Shown here: positions 33,937 to 46,524 of the stretch, piece after piece
How positions within the stretch are numbered: position 1 is the stretch's first letter
How the letters are laid out: each line of letters starts with the position of its first letter
Assembly: GCA_025464005.1 (NCBI GenBank)
Contig: JAODBO010000159.1
Location: 9,633 to 73,632, forward strand
Origin: Acidimicrobiaceae bacterium
Lineage (GTDB): Bacteria > Actinomycetota > Acidimicrobiia > Acidimicrobiales > Bog-793
DNA length: 64,000 nucleotides
Direction of reading: 5' to 3'
Notes under the pieces: model-generated
Told to the model about the DNA's origin: nothing
The model's database searches: none
The model's input: the letters and a program-made list of their open reading frames with translations, nothing else
Translations under genes and position numbers: made by a program

Positions 33937-35112
33937 TTGCGCCGAGTGGAGCTGCCCCGCACCGTCGTCATCTGCTCGTTCCGGCTCGGAGGGACGGACG
34001 GCGTCTCCATCGAGGCGGCGAAGTGGTCCGACGCGCTGCAACAGCTCGGCTGTCGCGTCGTCACGCTCGCCGGCGAAGGAGCCGCCGATGTCGTGCTCCC
34101 GGGCCTCGCTTCGTCCGCGACGGAGCCTCCGTCTCCGGGCGAGCTGCGCGACGTGTTCGCCTCGGCCGAGCTCGTGATCGTGGAGAACCTCTGCTCGCTC
34201 CCGCTCAACCCCCCGGCAGCAAAGCGCGTTGCAGAGGCGCTCCGAGACAGGCCCGCCGTGCTCCACCATCACGACCTCGCCTCCCAGCGCAATGCCCTGG
34301 CGCACCTCGGCCCACCGCCGAACGACGAAGCGTGGCTCCATGTCTGTGTCAATCAGCGCTCGACCGCCGAGCTGGCGGCGCACGGCTACTCGGCGGTCAC
34401 CTCCTACAACACCTTCGACCCCGACCCGCCCGCCGGGCTGCGCGAGCCGACACGGACCCGCGCCGGCGTCGAAGGCGGCGGGCGCCTTCTGCTCCAGCCG
34501 ACGCGGGCGATCGCTCGCAAGAACGTCCCCGCAGGCGTCGCACTGGCGGAGCGCATCGGTGCGACCTTCTGGCTCCTCGGTCCCTCCGAGGACGGCTACG
34601 GCCCCCGGTGCGACCGGGTGCTCGCCGCGGCGCAGGTCCCGGTAGTCCGTGGGCCCGGACCTACGCGCCCCGGCCACGAGATCGCCGATGCCTACGCGGC
34701 GTGCGACGCCGTTGTGCTTGCCTCGACCTGGGAAGGCTTCGGGAATCCCGCACTCGAGTCCGCGACCCACCGGCGTCCACTTGCGATCGGCCCCTACCCG
34801 GTGGCCCGCGAGCTGAGGAGGTACGGCTTCTCGTGGTTCGACGCCAACGATCCCGGGGTACTCCTGGAATGGATGAACGATCCTGACCTCGATCTGCTCG
34901 ACCGCAACGCCGAGGTCGTCCGGCGCCATTTCTCCCTCACCGACCTACCCGGTCGCCTGAGCCGACTCATCGCCCGACTCCCGGGAGAACAGTCCGGGCA
35001 GCGGAGCCCGCGCCCCGCCGCGGCCCCTACGGGCGACCGATCCCCCATCTTCTACGGCGTCTCCGACGCCCGAGCGATCCCAGACCCACCGGGTACCATC
35101 GACGCGCAGTGA
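33937..35112 (+). CDS. glycosyltransferase family 4 (GT-B), translationally coupled to glgE
   Basis: C-terminal GT4 motifs ('LLQPTRAIARKN', 'VVLASTWEGFGNPALES'). TTG 33937 or GTG 33946 start. Its stop overlaps the glgE GTG (GTGA). Confidence 0.75.
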   Translation: MRRVELPRTVVICSFRLGGTDGVSIEAAKWSDALQQLGCRVVTLAGEGAADVVLPGLASSATEPPSPGELRDVFASAELVIVENLCSLPLNPPAAKRVAEALRDRPAVLHHHDLASQRNALAHLGPPPNDEAWLHVCVNQRSTAELAAHGYSAVTSYNTFDPDPPAGLREPTRTRAGVEGGGRLLLQPTRAIARKNVPAGVALAERIGATFWLLGPSEDGYGPRCDRVLAAAQVPVVRGPGPTRPGHEIADAYAACDAVVLASTWEGFGNPALESATHRRPLAIGPYPVARELRRYGFSWFDANDPGVLLEWMNDPDLDLLDRNAEVVRRHFSLTDLPGRLSRLIARLPGEQSGQRSPRPAAAPTGDRSPIFYGVSDARAIPDPPGTIDAQ

Positions 35113-37172
35113 AGAAGCCCACGAAGCGGCTCGAGACGTCTCACGTCGTCGTGGAATCGGTCGAGCCGACGGTGGACGGCGGCCGGTTCCCGGCAAAGGC
35201 TGTCAGCGGCGAGCCCGTCGTAGTCAGCGCGGACGTCTTCTCGCACGGCCACGAGTCCGTGCGCGCCCATGTCCGCTGGCGCGTTTGCGGCGGACGGCTC
35301 TGGCGGACGATCGCGATGCGTCCGGTAGGAAACGACCGCTTCAGTGCGCCGATCGTCGCCGAAGAGCCCGGAAGGGTGGAGCTCGAGGTTCTCGGCGAGG
35401 TGGATCGACTCGGCAATTGGCGCCACGACGCGACGAGGCGCGTCGAGGTGGGGCTGTTCGACCCCGAGGACCCGCGCACTGCCTCGGCTCTGCTCGCAGA
35501 GGCCTCGCATCTCCTCGCCTTCGCCGAGCTGCAGCGGGAGTCGGGCATCGTCGGGGCTCTGGCGGTCCAAGCCGCCGAAGCAGGCGACCTCGCCGCCTTG
35601 GCCAAGCTGCTCGATGCATGCACGGAGGTCGAGGAGCTGTTGCGCGCCGTCCCGCCTGTGGCGCGAGAGGCGGTGTCACCCCGTTACGAGGTGCTCGTCT
35701 CCCGTCCGGTGGCGGCCTTCTCCAGCTGGTACGAATGCTTCCCCCGCTCGACGAGCACCACGGCGAACAGGCACGGGACGCTAAAGGACCTCGTCGGTCG
35801 CCTCGACTACATCGGCGACATGGGCTTCGACGTGCTCTACCTGCCGCCGATGCACCCCATCGGGACGACGGCGAGAAAGGGCCGCAACAACTCGACGGTC
35901 GCCGGTCCCGGCGACGTCGGGAGCCCCTGGGCCATCGGCTCGCCGGCGGGTGGCCACACGGCCGTGGCGCCCGGGCTCGGAGCCCTCGAGGACTTCGACC
36001 ACCTCGTCTCGGCGGCGCGCGCGCGCCACATCGAGATCGCGCTCGACCTGGCCTTCCAGTGCTCGCCCGATCACCCCTGGGTAACCGAGCACCCCGACTG
36101 GTTCGAGCACCGTGCCGACGGTTCGATCGCGTGCGCCGAGAACCCGCCGAAGCGCTACGAGGACATCTACCCGATCGACTTCGACACCCCCGACCGCGAC
36201 GCGCTCTACGCGACGCTCCTCGGCGTGGTCGAGCACTGGATCGGCCACGGCGTACGCATCTTTCGCGTCGACAACCCGCACACGAAGCCGTTCGTCTTCT
36301 GGGAGTGGCTGCTCGCCGCGGTGAGGCGAGACCACCCGGACGTGGTCTTCCTTTCAGAGGCGTTCACCCGGCCGAAGGTGATGCACCGCCTCGCGAAGCT
36401 CGGGTTCGACCAGTCCTACACCTACTTCACCTGGCGGGACTCCAAGCGCGAGCTCACCGAGTACTTCGAGGAGCTCGCGCACGGTCCGGGAAGCGCGTAC
36501 CTACGACCGAACGTCTGGCCGAACACTCCCGATATCCTCGCCCGCAGCCTCCAACGCGGTGGCCGCCCCTCCTTCGTGGCCCGTCTCGTGCTGGCCGCCG
36601 GCCTCTCGGCAAATTACGGCATCTACGGACCGGCGTTCGAGCTGCTGCTGGACGAGCCCGCTCAGCCGGGCACCGACGGCGACTACCTCGACTCGGAAAA
36701 GTTCGAGGTGCGGCTGTGGAACCTCGCCGACCCGCGGAGCATCGCGGACGTCGTGTCCCAGGTGAACGCGGCACGACGAGCGCACCGTTCGCTGCAGCGC
36801 AATGCTTCCCTCCAATTCCACTCGATCGACAACGAGCAGCTGATCTGTTGGTCGAAGCGGGACGACGAGAGCGGTGACACGGTGCTGTGCGTGGTCAACC
36901 TCGACCCGCGCTGGACCCAATCGGGCTTCGTCGATCTCGACCTCGCGGCCCTCGGCCTGCCGCCGAAAGCCCCGTTCAACGTCGAGGACCTCCTCGACGG
37001 CGCCTCGTACCGTTGGGCGGGCAGCAGGAACTTCGTCGCGCTCGACCCCAGTCGGTCGCCGGCGCACCTGTTCGTCGTGGAGCCGATACCGGAGAAGTCC
37101 CCGGAGGTTCCGAGAGAGCGCAGGACCCGTCCGCGCGAGCCGCGGGCGACCGTCTCGAGGAGGAGCCCTTGA
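35109..37172 (+). CDS. glgE: alpha-1,4-glucan:maltose-1-phosphate maltosyltransferase
   Basis: 'FDVLYLPPMHPIGTTARKGRNNS', 'GSPWAIGS', 'GVRIFRVDNPHTKP', 'FLSEAFTRPKVM'. Confidence 0.95.
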   Translation: MKKPTKRLETSHVVVESVEPTVDGGRFPAKAVSGEPVVVSADVFSHGHESVRAHVRWRVCGGRLWRTIAMRPVGNDRFSAPIVAEEPGRVELEVLGEVDRLGNWRHDATRRVEVGLFDPEDPRTASALLAEASHLLAFAELQRESGIVGALAVQAAEAGDLAALAKLLDACTEVEELLRAVPPVAREAVSPRYEVLVSRPVAAFSSWYECFPRSTSTTANRHGTLKDLVGRLDYIGDMGFDVLYLPPMHPIGTTARKGRNNSTVAGPGDVGSPWAIGSPAGGHTAVAPGLGALEDFDHLVSAARARHIEIALDLAFQCSPDHPWVTEHPDWFEHRADGSIACAENPPKRYEDIYPIDFDTPDRDALYATLLGVVEHWIGHGVRIFRVDNPHTKPFVFWEWLLAAVRRDHPDVVFLSEAFTRPKVMHRLAKLGFDQSYTYFTWRDSKRELTEYFEELAHGPGSAYLRPNVWPNTPDILARSLQRGGRPSFVARLVLAAGLSANYGIYGPAFELLLDEPAQPGTDGDYLDSEKFEVRLWNLADPRSIADVVSQVNAARRAHRSLQRNASLQFHSIDNEQLICWSKRDDESGDTVLCVVNLDPRWTQSGFVDLDLAALGLPPKAPFNVEDLLDGASYRWAGSRNFVALDPSRSPAHLFVVEPIPEKSPEVPRERRTRPREPRATVSRRSP

Positions 37173-37201
37173 GCCAGTCGAGGACTCGGGCCCCGTCCCC
37201 C

Positions 37202-40567
<3,366 letters not shown>

Positions 40568-40607
40568 GCACACCCGAACCTGCGGAGGGAACCGGACCCT
40601 CGAGCGG

Positions 40608-42713
40608 TTGCAGCCGGTGAGCGGGTCCTCGTACCGCGCCGGGCTCCTGCGGTCGGCCCGGCGCCTCGGCATCTCGGCGCAGTACACCGACGCGGCCGGC
40701 CTGCGCCGTGCCGTCGGCGACGAGACGCTCGCCGCGCTCGTCGCGCTGCTCGACAAGGAGACGACGTCGAGGCCACTCGCGCCCGTGGTCGTCGCCTGGG
40801 ACGGCGTTCTCCCGCCGATCTCGCCGCGGCCCGGAAGACACCCGGGCTCTCGCGGCTCCGGGACTGCTGTTCGGCGACTCGAGCTGCGAGGCGAGGATCG
40901 AGCCGTGCTCGGAGTGCTTACTGCGGGACCCGGGGAGGGGACCTTCTCGTCCGCCGAGATCCTTCCCTACGGCGTCCACGATCTCCTCGCCGACGGAGAC
41001 CGCGTCGCCGCCGTGATCTGCGCGCCCTCCCGCGCGGATGTCGGCCGGCCCGGCGAGCAGGTCCATCCGTGGGGCCTGTTCGCTCCGATGTACGCGCTGC
41101 GGGACGAGCGCGACCTGCCTGCGGGCGATATCACGTGCCTCGAGGAGCTGGGCATCGTCGCCGGGCGGCTCGGGGCGAGCGTCGTCGCGACACTTCCCCT
41201 TCTCGCCGAGCACGCCACCGCCGAAGGGGGGACGCCCGGTCAACACCCGTACTCGCCACTCAGCCGGATGTTCTGGAACGAGGGGTACCTCGATCTCATG
41301 CGTCTCCCCGAGCTCGCCGGGGACTTCTCCACGGTCGACCTCCTCGGGGCCGCGGCGAGCGCTGCGTCGCAGCGGCGGTCGCCGCCAGGAGACCTCGTGG
41401 ACGTCGCGGACATCGCGTCGATCGCGTCGAAGGCCCGGCCCGCCCTCGACGAGGCCGTCCGGCGAATGCAGCTGCGTGGGGGCGAACGGTTACGGTCGTT
41501 CGAGGCCTACGCCACCGCTCACCCTGAGCTCGGGCCCTACTCGCGCTATCGCGCCGCCGCCGAAATCGCCGGTGCCGATCGCCAGCGCTGGCCCACGGCC
41601 TGGCGCGCCGGGCGCATCGGCGCCGGCGAGGTTCCCGCAGCCGTCGCGGAGCGCCACAGCTACGCCCAGTGGGCCATGGACAGCCAGCTCGCCGAGACCT
41701 CCGAGTCGCTCGCCGGCGCTGGGGTCGGCCTGGCCATGGACCTGCCGATCGGGTGCTCGTCGACGGGCTACGACCCCTGGGCATTTCGCGATGTCTACGT
41801 CGAGGGTGCCTCGATCGGGGCCCCCCCGGACTCCTTCTTCACCGCGGGTCAGAACTGGGGCTTCCCGCCGCCACACCCGGACGCCGACGCGATCGACGGC
41901 TACCCGGTGCTACGCGCGTGCCTGACGCACAGCCTCCGTCACGCCGCGGTCCTTCGCGTCGACCACGTCCTCGGCTGGTCGAGGCTTTGGTGGATCCCCG
42001 ACGGGATGGCCGCCGATCACGGCGCGTACGTCCGCTATCCCTTCGACCACCTTCTGGCGGTGGCCAACCTTGAGGCGTGGAGGTACTCCGCGCGCCTCGT
42101 CGGCGAGGACCTCGGCACGGTCCAGCGCGGCCTTCGCGCAAAGCTCCGCAAGCACGGTGTCGCCGGAATGCAGGTGGCGGTGTTCGAACTCGACGCCTCG
42201 CCGAAGCGCCGGCTCCGGCCACCTGCCGGAACCGTCGCCTACGTCGACACCCACGACACCGCGACCTTCGCCGGATGGTTCGACGGCACCGACGTCGAGC
42301 TGCGCTCGAGCCTCGGCCTGCTCGCCGCCGCCGACGCCGAGGCCGAGAGCGAGCGCCGTCGGGACTCTCGGCGGGCGCTGATCGATCGCTTGTCACGCGC
42401 AGGCGCCCTCCCGGCGAGGACCGAGGACCCGGGCGCCGGCGAGCCCGCGGTCGACGACCCCGACGCCCTCGAGGTGCTCGGCGCGCTGCTCGCCGAGCTC
42501 GGGGCCTCCGACGCCGATCTCGTGCTCGTCGCCCTCGAGGATCTGTGGGCGGAGCACGACCCGCAGAACGTGCCGGGGACCACGGACGAGCATGCCAACT
42601 TCTCCCGCCGCCAGCCCTCGCGCGTCGAGCAGCTCCTCGAGGACGGGCGAGCCCGCGCGATCCTCGGCCTGCTCGACACCGCTCGCCGCTCGCATCCCCG
42701 GAGGCCACGATGA
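40608..42713 (+). CDS. malQ: 4-alpha-glucanotransferase (amylomaltase, actinobacterial long form)
   Basis: GH77 motifs 'YSPLSRMFWN', 'LAMDLPIG', 'GAPPDSFFTAGQNWGFPP', 'LRVDHVLG', 'VGEDLGTV'. Start uncertain (TTG 40608 or GTG 40617). Confidence 0.9.
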   Translation: MQPVSGSSYRAGLLRSARRLGISAQYTDAAGLRRAVGDETLAALVALLDKETTSRPLAPVVVAWDGVLPPISPRPGRHPGSRGSGTAVRRLELRGEDRAVLGVLTAGPGEGTFSSAEILPYGVHDLLADGDRVAAVICAPSRADVGRPGEQVHPWGLFAPMYALRDERDLPAGDITCLEELGIVAGRLGASVVATLPLLAEHATAEGGTPGQHPYSPLSRMFWNEGYLDLMRLPELAGDFSTVDLLGAAASAASQRRSPPGDLVDVADIASIASKARPALDEAVRRMQLRGGERLRSFEAYATAHPELGPYSRYRAAAEIAGADRQRWPTAWRAGRIGAGEVPAAVAERHSYAQWAMDSQLAETSESLAGAGVGLAMDLPIGCSSTGYDPWAFRDVYVEGASIGAPPDSFFTAGQNWGFPPPHPDADAIDGYPVLRACLTHSLRHAAVLRVDHVLGWSRLWWIPDGMAADHGAYVRYPFDHLLAVANLEAWRYSARLVGEDLGTVQRGLRAKLRKHGVAGMQVAVFELDASPKRRLRPPAGTVAYVDTHDTATFAGWFDGTDVELRSSLGLLAAADAEAESERRRDSRRALIDRLSRAGALPARTEDPGAGEPAVDDPDALEVLGALLAELGASDADLVLVALEDLWAEHDPQNVPGTTDEHANFSRRQPSRVEQLLEDGRARAILGLLDTARRSHPRRPR

Positions 42714-44632
42714 CGCCGTCCCGCTCGAGCACTGCCGACTCGGCTCCCGAGCTCGTGAGCGAGCTCGACCGGCACCTGTTCAATGAAGGCAGGCACTACC
42801 GCCTCTACGAGTGCCTTGGCGGCCACCTGCTCGACGGCGAACGCGCCGGAGCCCAGTTCGCGGTGTGGGCGCCTAACGCCACGGCCGTCTCGGTCCTCCA
42901 CGACGCCAACCGATGGACCGCCGGCGTCGACAGGCTCTTCCCCCAGGCCTCGTCGGGGATCTGGGCCGGCATCGTGGCAGGTGTCGGCGAGGGATCCCTG
43001 TACAAGTACGCCATCGACTCGCCCGAGGGTCGGCGCGACAAGGCCGATCCCCTGGCATTCGCCGCCGAGGAGACCCCCGGCACGGCTTCGGTGCTCACGA
43101 GACTCGACTACACCTGGCACGACGACGACTGGGTCGGCCAGCGAGCAACGCGACAGAGTGGCGCCGAGCCGCTCAGCGTGTACGAGGTGCACCTCGGATC
43201 GTGGCGCAGGCGTCCCGATGGCGGCTTGCTGAGCTACGAGGAGATCGCCGGTCCGCTCGTGGAGCACGTGACCCGGATGTCCTTCACCCACGTCGAGCTC
43301 ATGCCCGTGATGGAGCATCCCTTCTTCGGGTCCTGGGGCTATCAGACCACCGGGTACTTCGCCGCGACATCGCGTTATGGGCCACCGACGGGCCTGATGG
43401 CGCTCATCGACGCCTGCCACGAGGCCGGGATCGGTGTGCTTCTCGACTGGGTGCCCTCGCACTTCGCGACCGACGCCTTCGCGCTCGCGAACTTCGACGG
43501 GAGCCACCTCTACGAGCACGCGGACCCGACACGCGCGGTCCACCCGGACTGGGGCAGCTTCGTGTTCAACTACGGGCGACACGAGGTGCGGTCGTTCCTC
43601 GCCTCGTCGGCCTGCTTCTGGCTCGATCGCTACCACGCGGACGGCCTCAGGGTGGACGCCGTCGCCTCGATGCTCTACCTGGACTACTCGCGCGAGCAGG
43701 GCAGCTGGACGCCCAACGCGTTCGGCGGCCGCGAGGACCTCGATGCGATCCGCTTCCTCCGGGAGATGAACGATGCCGTCCACACCGGGTTTCCCGGGAC
43801 GCTCACCGTCGCGGAGGAGTCCACCGCGTGGCCTGGAGTGACCCGCCCGACGAGCGAGGGAGGCCTCGGCTTCTCCTTGAAATGGGACATGGGGTGGATG
43901 CACGACACCCTGACCCACTTCGAGCGGGATCCCGCACATCGCCGGTATCACTACAACGAGCTGACCTTCCGGGCGCTCTACGCGGCGAGTGAGCGCTACC
44001 TCATGCCCTTGTCGCACGACGAGGTCGTCCACGGCAAAGGGGCACTCGCGACGAAGATGCCCGGGGACGACTGGCAGCGCCGCGCCAATCTCCGGCTCCT
44101 GTTCGGCTACCAGTCGCTGCTGCCGGGAAAGAAGCTGCTGTTCATGGGCGACGAGCTCGCCACCTGGAGGGAGTGGAGCCACGAATCGGAGCTCGAGTGG
44201 TCGCTGCTCGACCACCCCGACCATGCCGGCGTCGCCAAGTTCGTCGCCGACTGCAACCGCTGCTATCGCGAGCACGAGGCGCTGCACGGCTACGACCTCG
44301 ATCAGGCCGGATTCGGATGGATCGTCGCAAATGCCCCGGACGTCGGGGTGCTCGCGTGGTCCCGCAAAGGTCGATCGGACGAGATCGTCGTGACGGTCGC
44401 CAACTTCACTCCGGTCCCGAGGAGCAAGCGTATGGGCGTGGCGCGCGCCGGCTGGTGGCACGAGGTGCTCAACAGCGACGCCTCCGTCTACGGCGGCTCG
44501 GGCATCGGCAATCTCGGTGGCTTAGAGGCGGTCGAGGAGCCTTGGGACGGCCAGCCGGCAAGCATGGCGTGCGCCCTGCCCCCGCTCGCCATCATTGCCT
44601 TCGCGACACGCTCGGGCGAGGCGGGCCCGTGA
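42710..44632 (+). CDS. glgB: 1,4-alpha-glucan branching enzyme
   Basis: 'VYEVHLGSW', 'HVELMPVMEHPF..SWGYQ', 'GVLLDWVPSHF', 'GLRVDAVASMLY', 'TVAEESTAWP'. The ATG overlaps the malQ TGA. Confidence 0.95.
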   Translation: MTPSRSSTADSAPELVSELDRHLFNEGRHYRLYECLGGHLLDGERAGAQFAVWAPNATAVSVLHDANRWTAGVDRLFPQASSGIWAGIVAGVGEGSLYKYAIDSPEGRRDKADPLAFAAEETPGTASVLTRLDYTWHDDDWVGQRATRQSGAEPLSVYEVHLGSWRRRPDGGLLSYEEIAGPLVEHVTRMSFTHVELMPVMEHPFFGSWGYQTTGYFAATSRYGPPTGLMALIDACHEAGIGVLLDWVPSHFATDAFALANFDGSHLYEHADPTRAVHPDWGSFVFNYGRHEVRSFLASSACFWLDRYHADGLRVDAVASMLYLDYSREQGSWTPNAFGGREDLDAIRFLREMNDAVHTGFPGTLTVAEESTAWPGVTRPTSEGGLGFSLKWDMGWMHDTLTHFERDPAHRRYHYNELTFRALYAASERYLMPLSHDEVVHGKGALATKMPGDDWQRRANLRLLFGYQSLLPGKKLLFMGDELATWREWSHESELEWSLLDHPDHAGVAKFVADCNRCYREHEALHGYDLDQAGFGWIVANAPDVGVLAWSRKGRSDEIVVTVANFTPVPRSKRMGVARAGWWHEVLNSDASVYGGSGIGNLGGLEAVEEPWDGQPASMACALPPLAIIAFATRSGEAGP

Positions 44633-46524
44633 GCCGTCACGGAGCCGTGCATCTCGGCGACGAAAAGACGCGTTTCCAGGTGTGGGCGCCCGGGCGCGGC
44701 CTGGTCACGCTCGTCCTCGAGGACGGCCGGACCCACGAGCTCGAGGTGACCGGTGGCGGCTACCACGGCGCTACCGTCCACGGAGCTCCCCCCGGCACGC
44801 GTTATCGGTACTTGCTGGACGGCGAAGGGCCCTTCGCCGATCCTGCGTCGCGCTCGCAGCCGCTCGGTGTCCACGGGCCGTCCGAGGTGGTCGAGCGCCG
44901 GCGCCCGGTTGACTCGCGGTGGCGCGCCATGCCGCTGTCCGCCCAGGTGATCTGCGAGCTCCATGTCGGCACCTACAGCCCGCAAGGCACCTTCGCCGGC
45001 GTCGTCGACTCGCTCGAGCACATCGCGTCGGCCGGCTACACGGCGATCGAGCTCATGCCCGTCGCGCAGTTCGCCGGAGAGCGCAATTGGGGCTACGACG
45101 GCGTATTTCCGCACGCGGTCCAGTCGAGCTACGGCGGTCCGAGCGGACTCGCCTCGTTGACCCAAGCGGCGCACGAGCGCGGGCTCGCCGTCGTGGTCGA
45201 CGTCGTGTACAACCACATCGGTCCGGAGGGGTCCGTGCACGACGAGTACGGCCCGTACCTCACCGACAGGTACGCCACGCCGTGGGGCCGTGCGCTCAAC
45301 TTCGACGGACCGGGAAGCGACGCCGTGCGCGCCTACTTCATCGAGGCCGCCTGCTACCTCGTGCGCGAGCTCGGCGTCGACGGCCTGCGTCTCGACGCCG
45401 TGCACGAGATCGTCGACCTGACGGCATCTCCCTTCCTCGCGGAGCTGACCTCGGCGATCGGGGCCACCGGCCGCTCGCAGGCGAGGACGATCACCGTTGT
45501 CGCGGAAAGCCCCGCCAACGACCCGCGTCTCACGACGCCGGTGAGCGCCGGAGGGCTCGGATGCGGAGCTTCGTGGGACGACGACTTCCACCACGCGCTA
45601 CGGGTGACCCTCACCGGGAAACGCGACCGCTGGTTCGCGGACTTCCAGGGGATCGACGACCTGGCGATCGCGATGACTCGGGGATGGGTGCTCACGGGGC
45701 GCGAGTCAGCGAACTTCGGGCGCCGCCACGGCGTGGCGCTGCCCGCCGGGTTCTCCGGCGACCGCCTGGTCGCGTACGCGCAGAACCACGACCAGATCGG
45801 CAACGCCGGCTACGGCCGACGGCTCACGAGCGACCTTCCGCTCGAGGCGCAGTACCCGGTTGCAGCGGCGGTGCTCCTCTCGCCGTTCGTGCCGCTCCGG
45901 TTCATGGGCGAGGAGTACGGCGAGACCGCTCCGTTCTTCTACTTCACGAGCCACACCGACGAGCAGCTCGCCGTGGCCGTGCGCAGGGGTCGAGCTGCGG
46001 AGGTCGGCGACCACGGCCCTGCTCCGCCCGATCCACAGGACCCGGCCACCTTCGAGGCGAGCCGCCCGGAGCGGGCGCTCGTCGGAGTCGGGATCCACCG
46101 GGATCTGCTGGCATGGCAGAGCAACCTTCTCGCGTTGCGCCGGGAGCACCCGGCGCTCGGCTCGCTCGAGCCCGGGATGACGAGGGCAGCGGTCGATCAA
46201 GCGTCGGGGACGCTCTCGCTTGTTCGCCGCGCCGACCGCTACCTCGATGCACCCGAGGTAGCGGTGATCCTGCGCCTCTCGCCACCAGCGCAGCCCGGCG
46301 AGGAGCCGGCGACAGTGGCGCTACCGCGCCTCGGTGGCCGGTGTTGGGAGATCGCGGCAGCGCGTGGCGCTCCAGAGCTCGAAGCGGGCTGCCGTCTCGA
46401 CTGGAACGATGCGCGCCCAGAGCTGAGCCTCGAGCGCTACGCCGCCGTCGTGCTCGTGCAGGCGCGCGACGCTACGTCGCCTTCCGTCGAGGTGCGCCAC
46501 GCAGATGCCCCCGTTGACCTATGA
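44629..46524 (+). CDS. treZ: malto-oligosyltrehalose trehalohydrolase
   Basis: 'FQVWAP', 'ICELHVGTYSPQGTF', 'AIELMPVAQFAGERNWGYDG', 'VVDVVYNHIGPEG', 'GLRLDAVHEI'. The GTG overlaps the glgB TGA. Confidence 0.9.
   Translation: MSRHGAVHLGDEKTRFQVWAPGRGLVTLVLEDGRTHELEVTGGGYHGATVHGAPPGTRYRYLLDGEGPFADPASRSQPLGVHGPSEVVERRRPVDSRWRAMPLSAQVICELHVGTYSPQGTFAGVVDSLEHIASAGYTAIELMPVAQFAGERNWGYDGVFPHAVQSSYGGPSGLASLTQAAHERGLAVVVDVVYNHIGPEGSVHDEYGPYLTDRYATPWGRALNFDGPGSDAVRAYFIEAACYLVRELGVDGLRLDAVHEIVDLTASPFLAELTSAIGATGRSQARTITVVAESPANDPRLTTPVSAGGLGCGASWDDDFHHALRVTLTGKRDRWFADFQGIDDLAIAMTRGWVLTGRESANFGRRHGVALPAGFSGDRLVAYAQNHDQIGNAGYGRRLTSDLPLEAQYPVAAAVLLSPFVPLRFMGEEYGETAPFFYFTSHTDEQLAVAVRRGRAAEVGDHGPAPPDPQDPATFEASRPERALVGVGIHRDLLAWQSNLLALRREHPALGSLEPGMTRAAVDQASGTLSLVRRADRYLDAPEVAVILRLSPPAQPGEEPATVALPRLGGRCWEIAAARGAPELEAGCRLDWNDARPELSLERYAAVVLVQARDATSPSVEVRHADAPVDL

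Noticed and set aside
36887-37201. N-terminal extension of the TreS ORF overlapping glgE by ~285 bp
   Set aside because: The extension is Arg/Pro-rich with no homology features. The canonical TreS N-terminus 'MPVELDWYKDAIIYELH' starts at 37202, just after the glgE stop.
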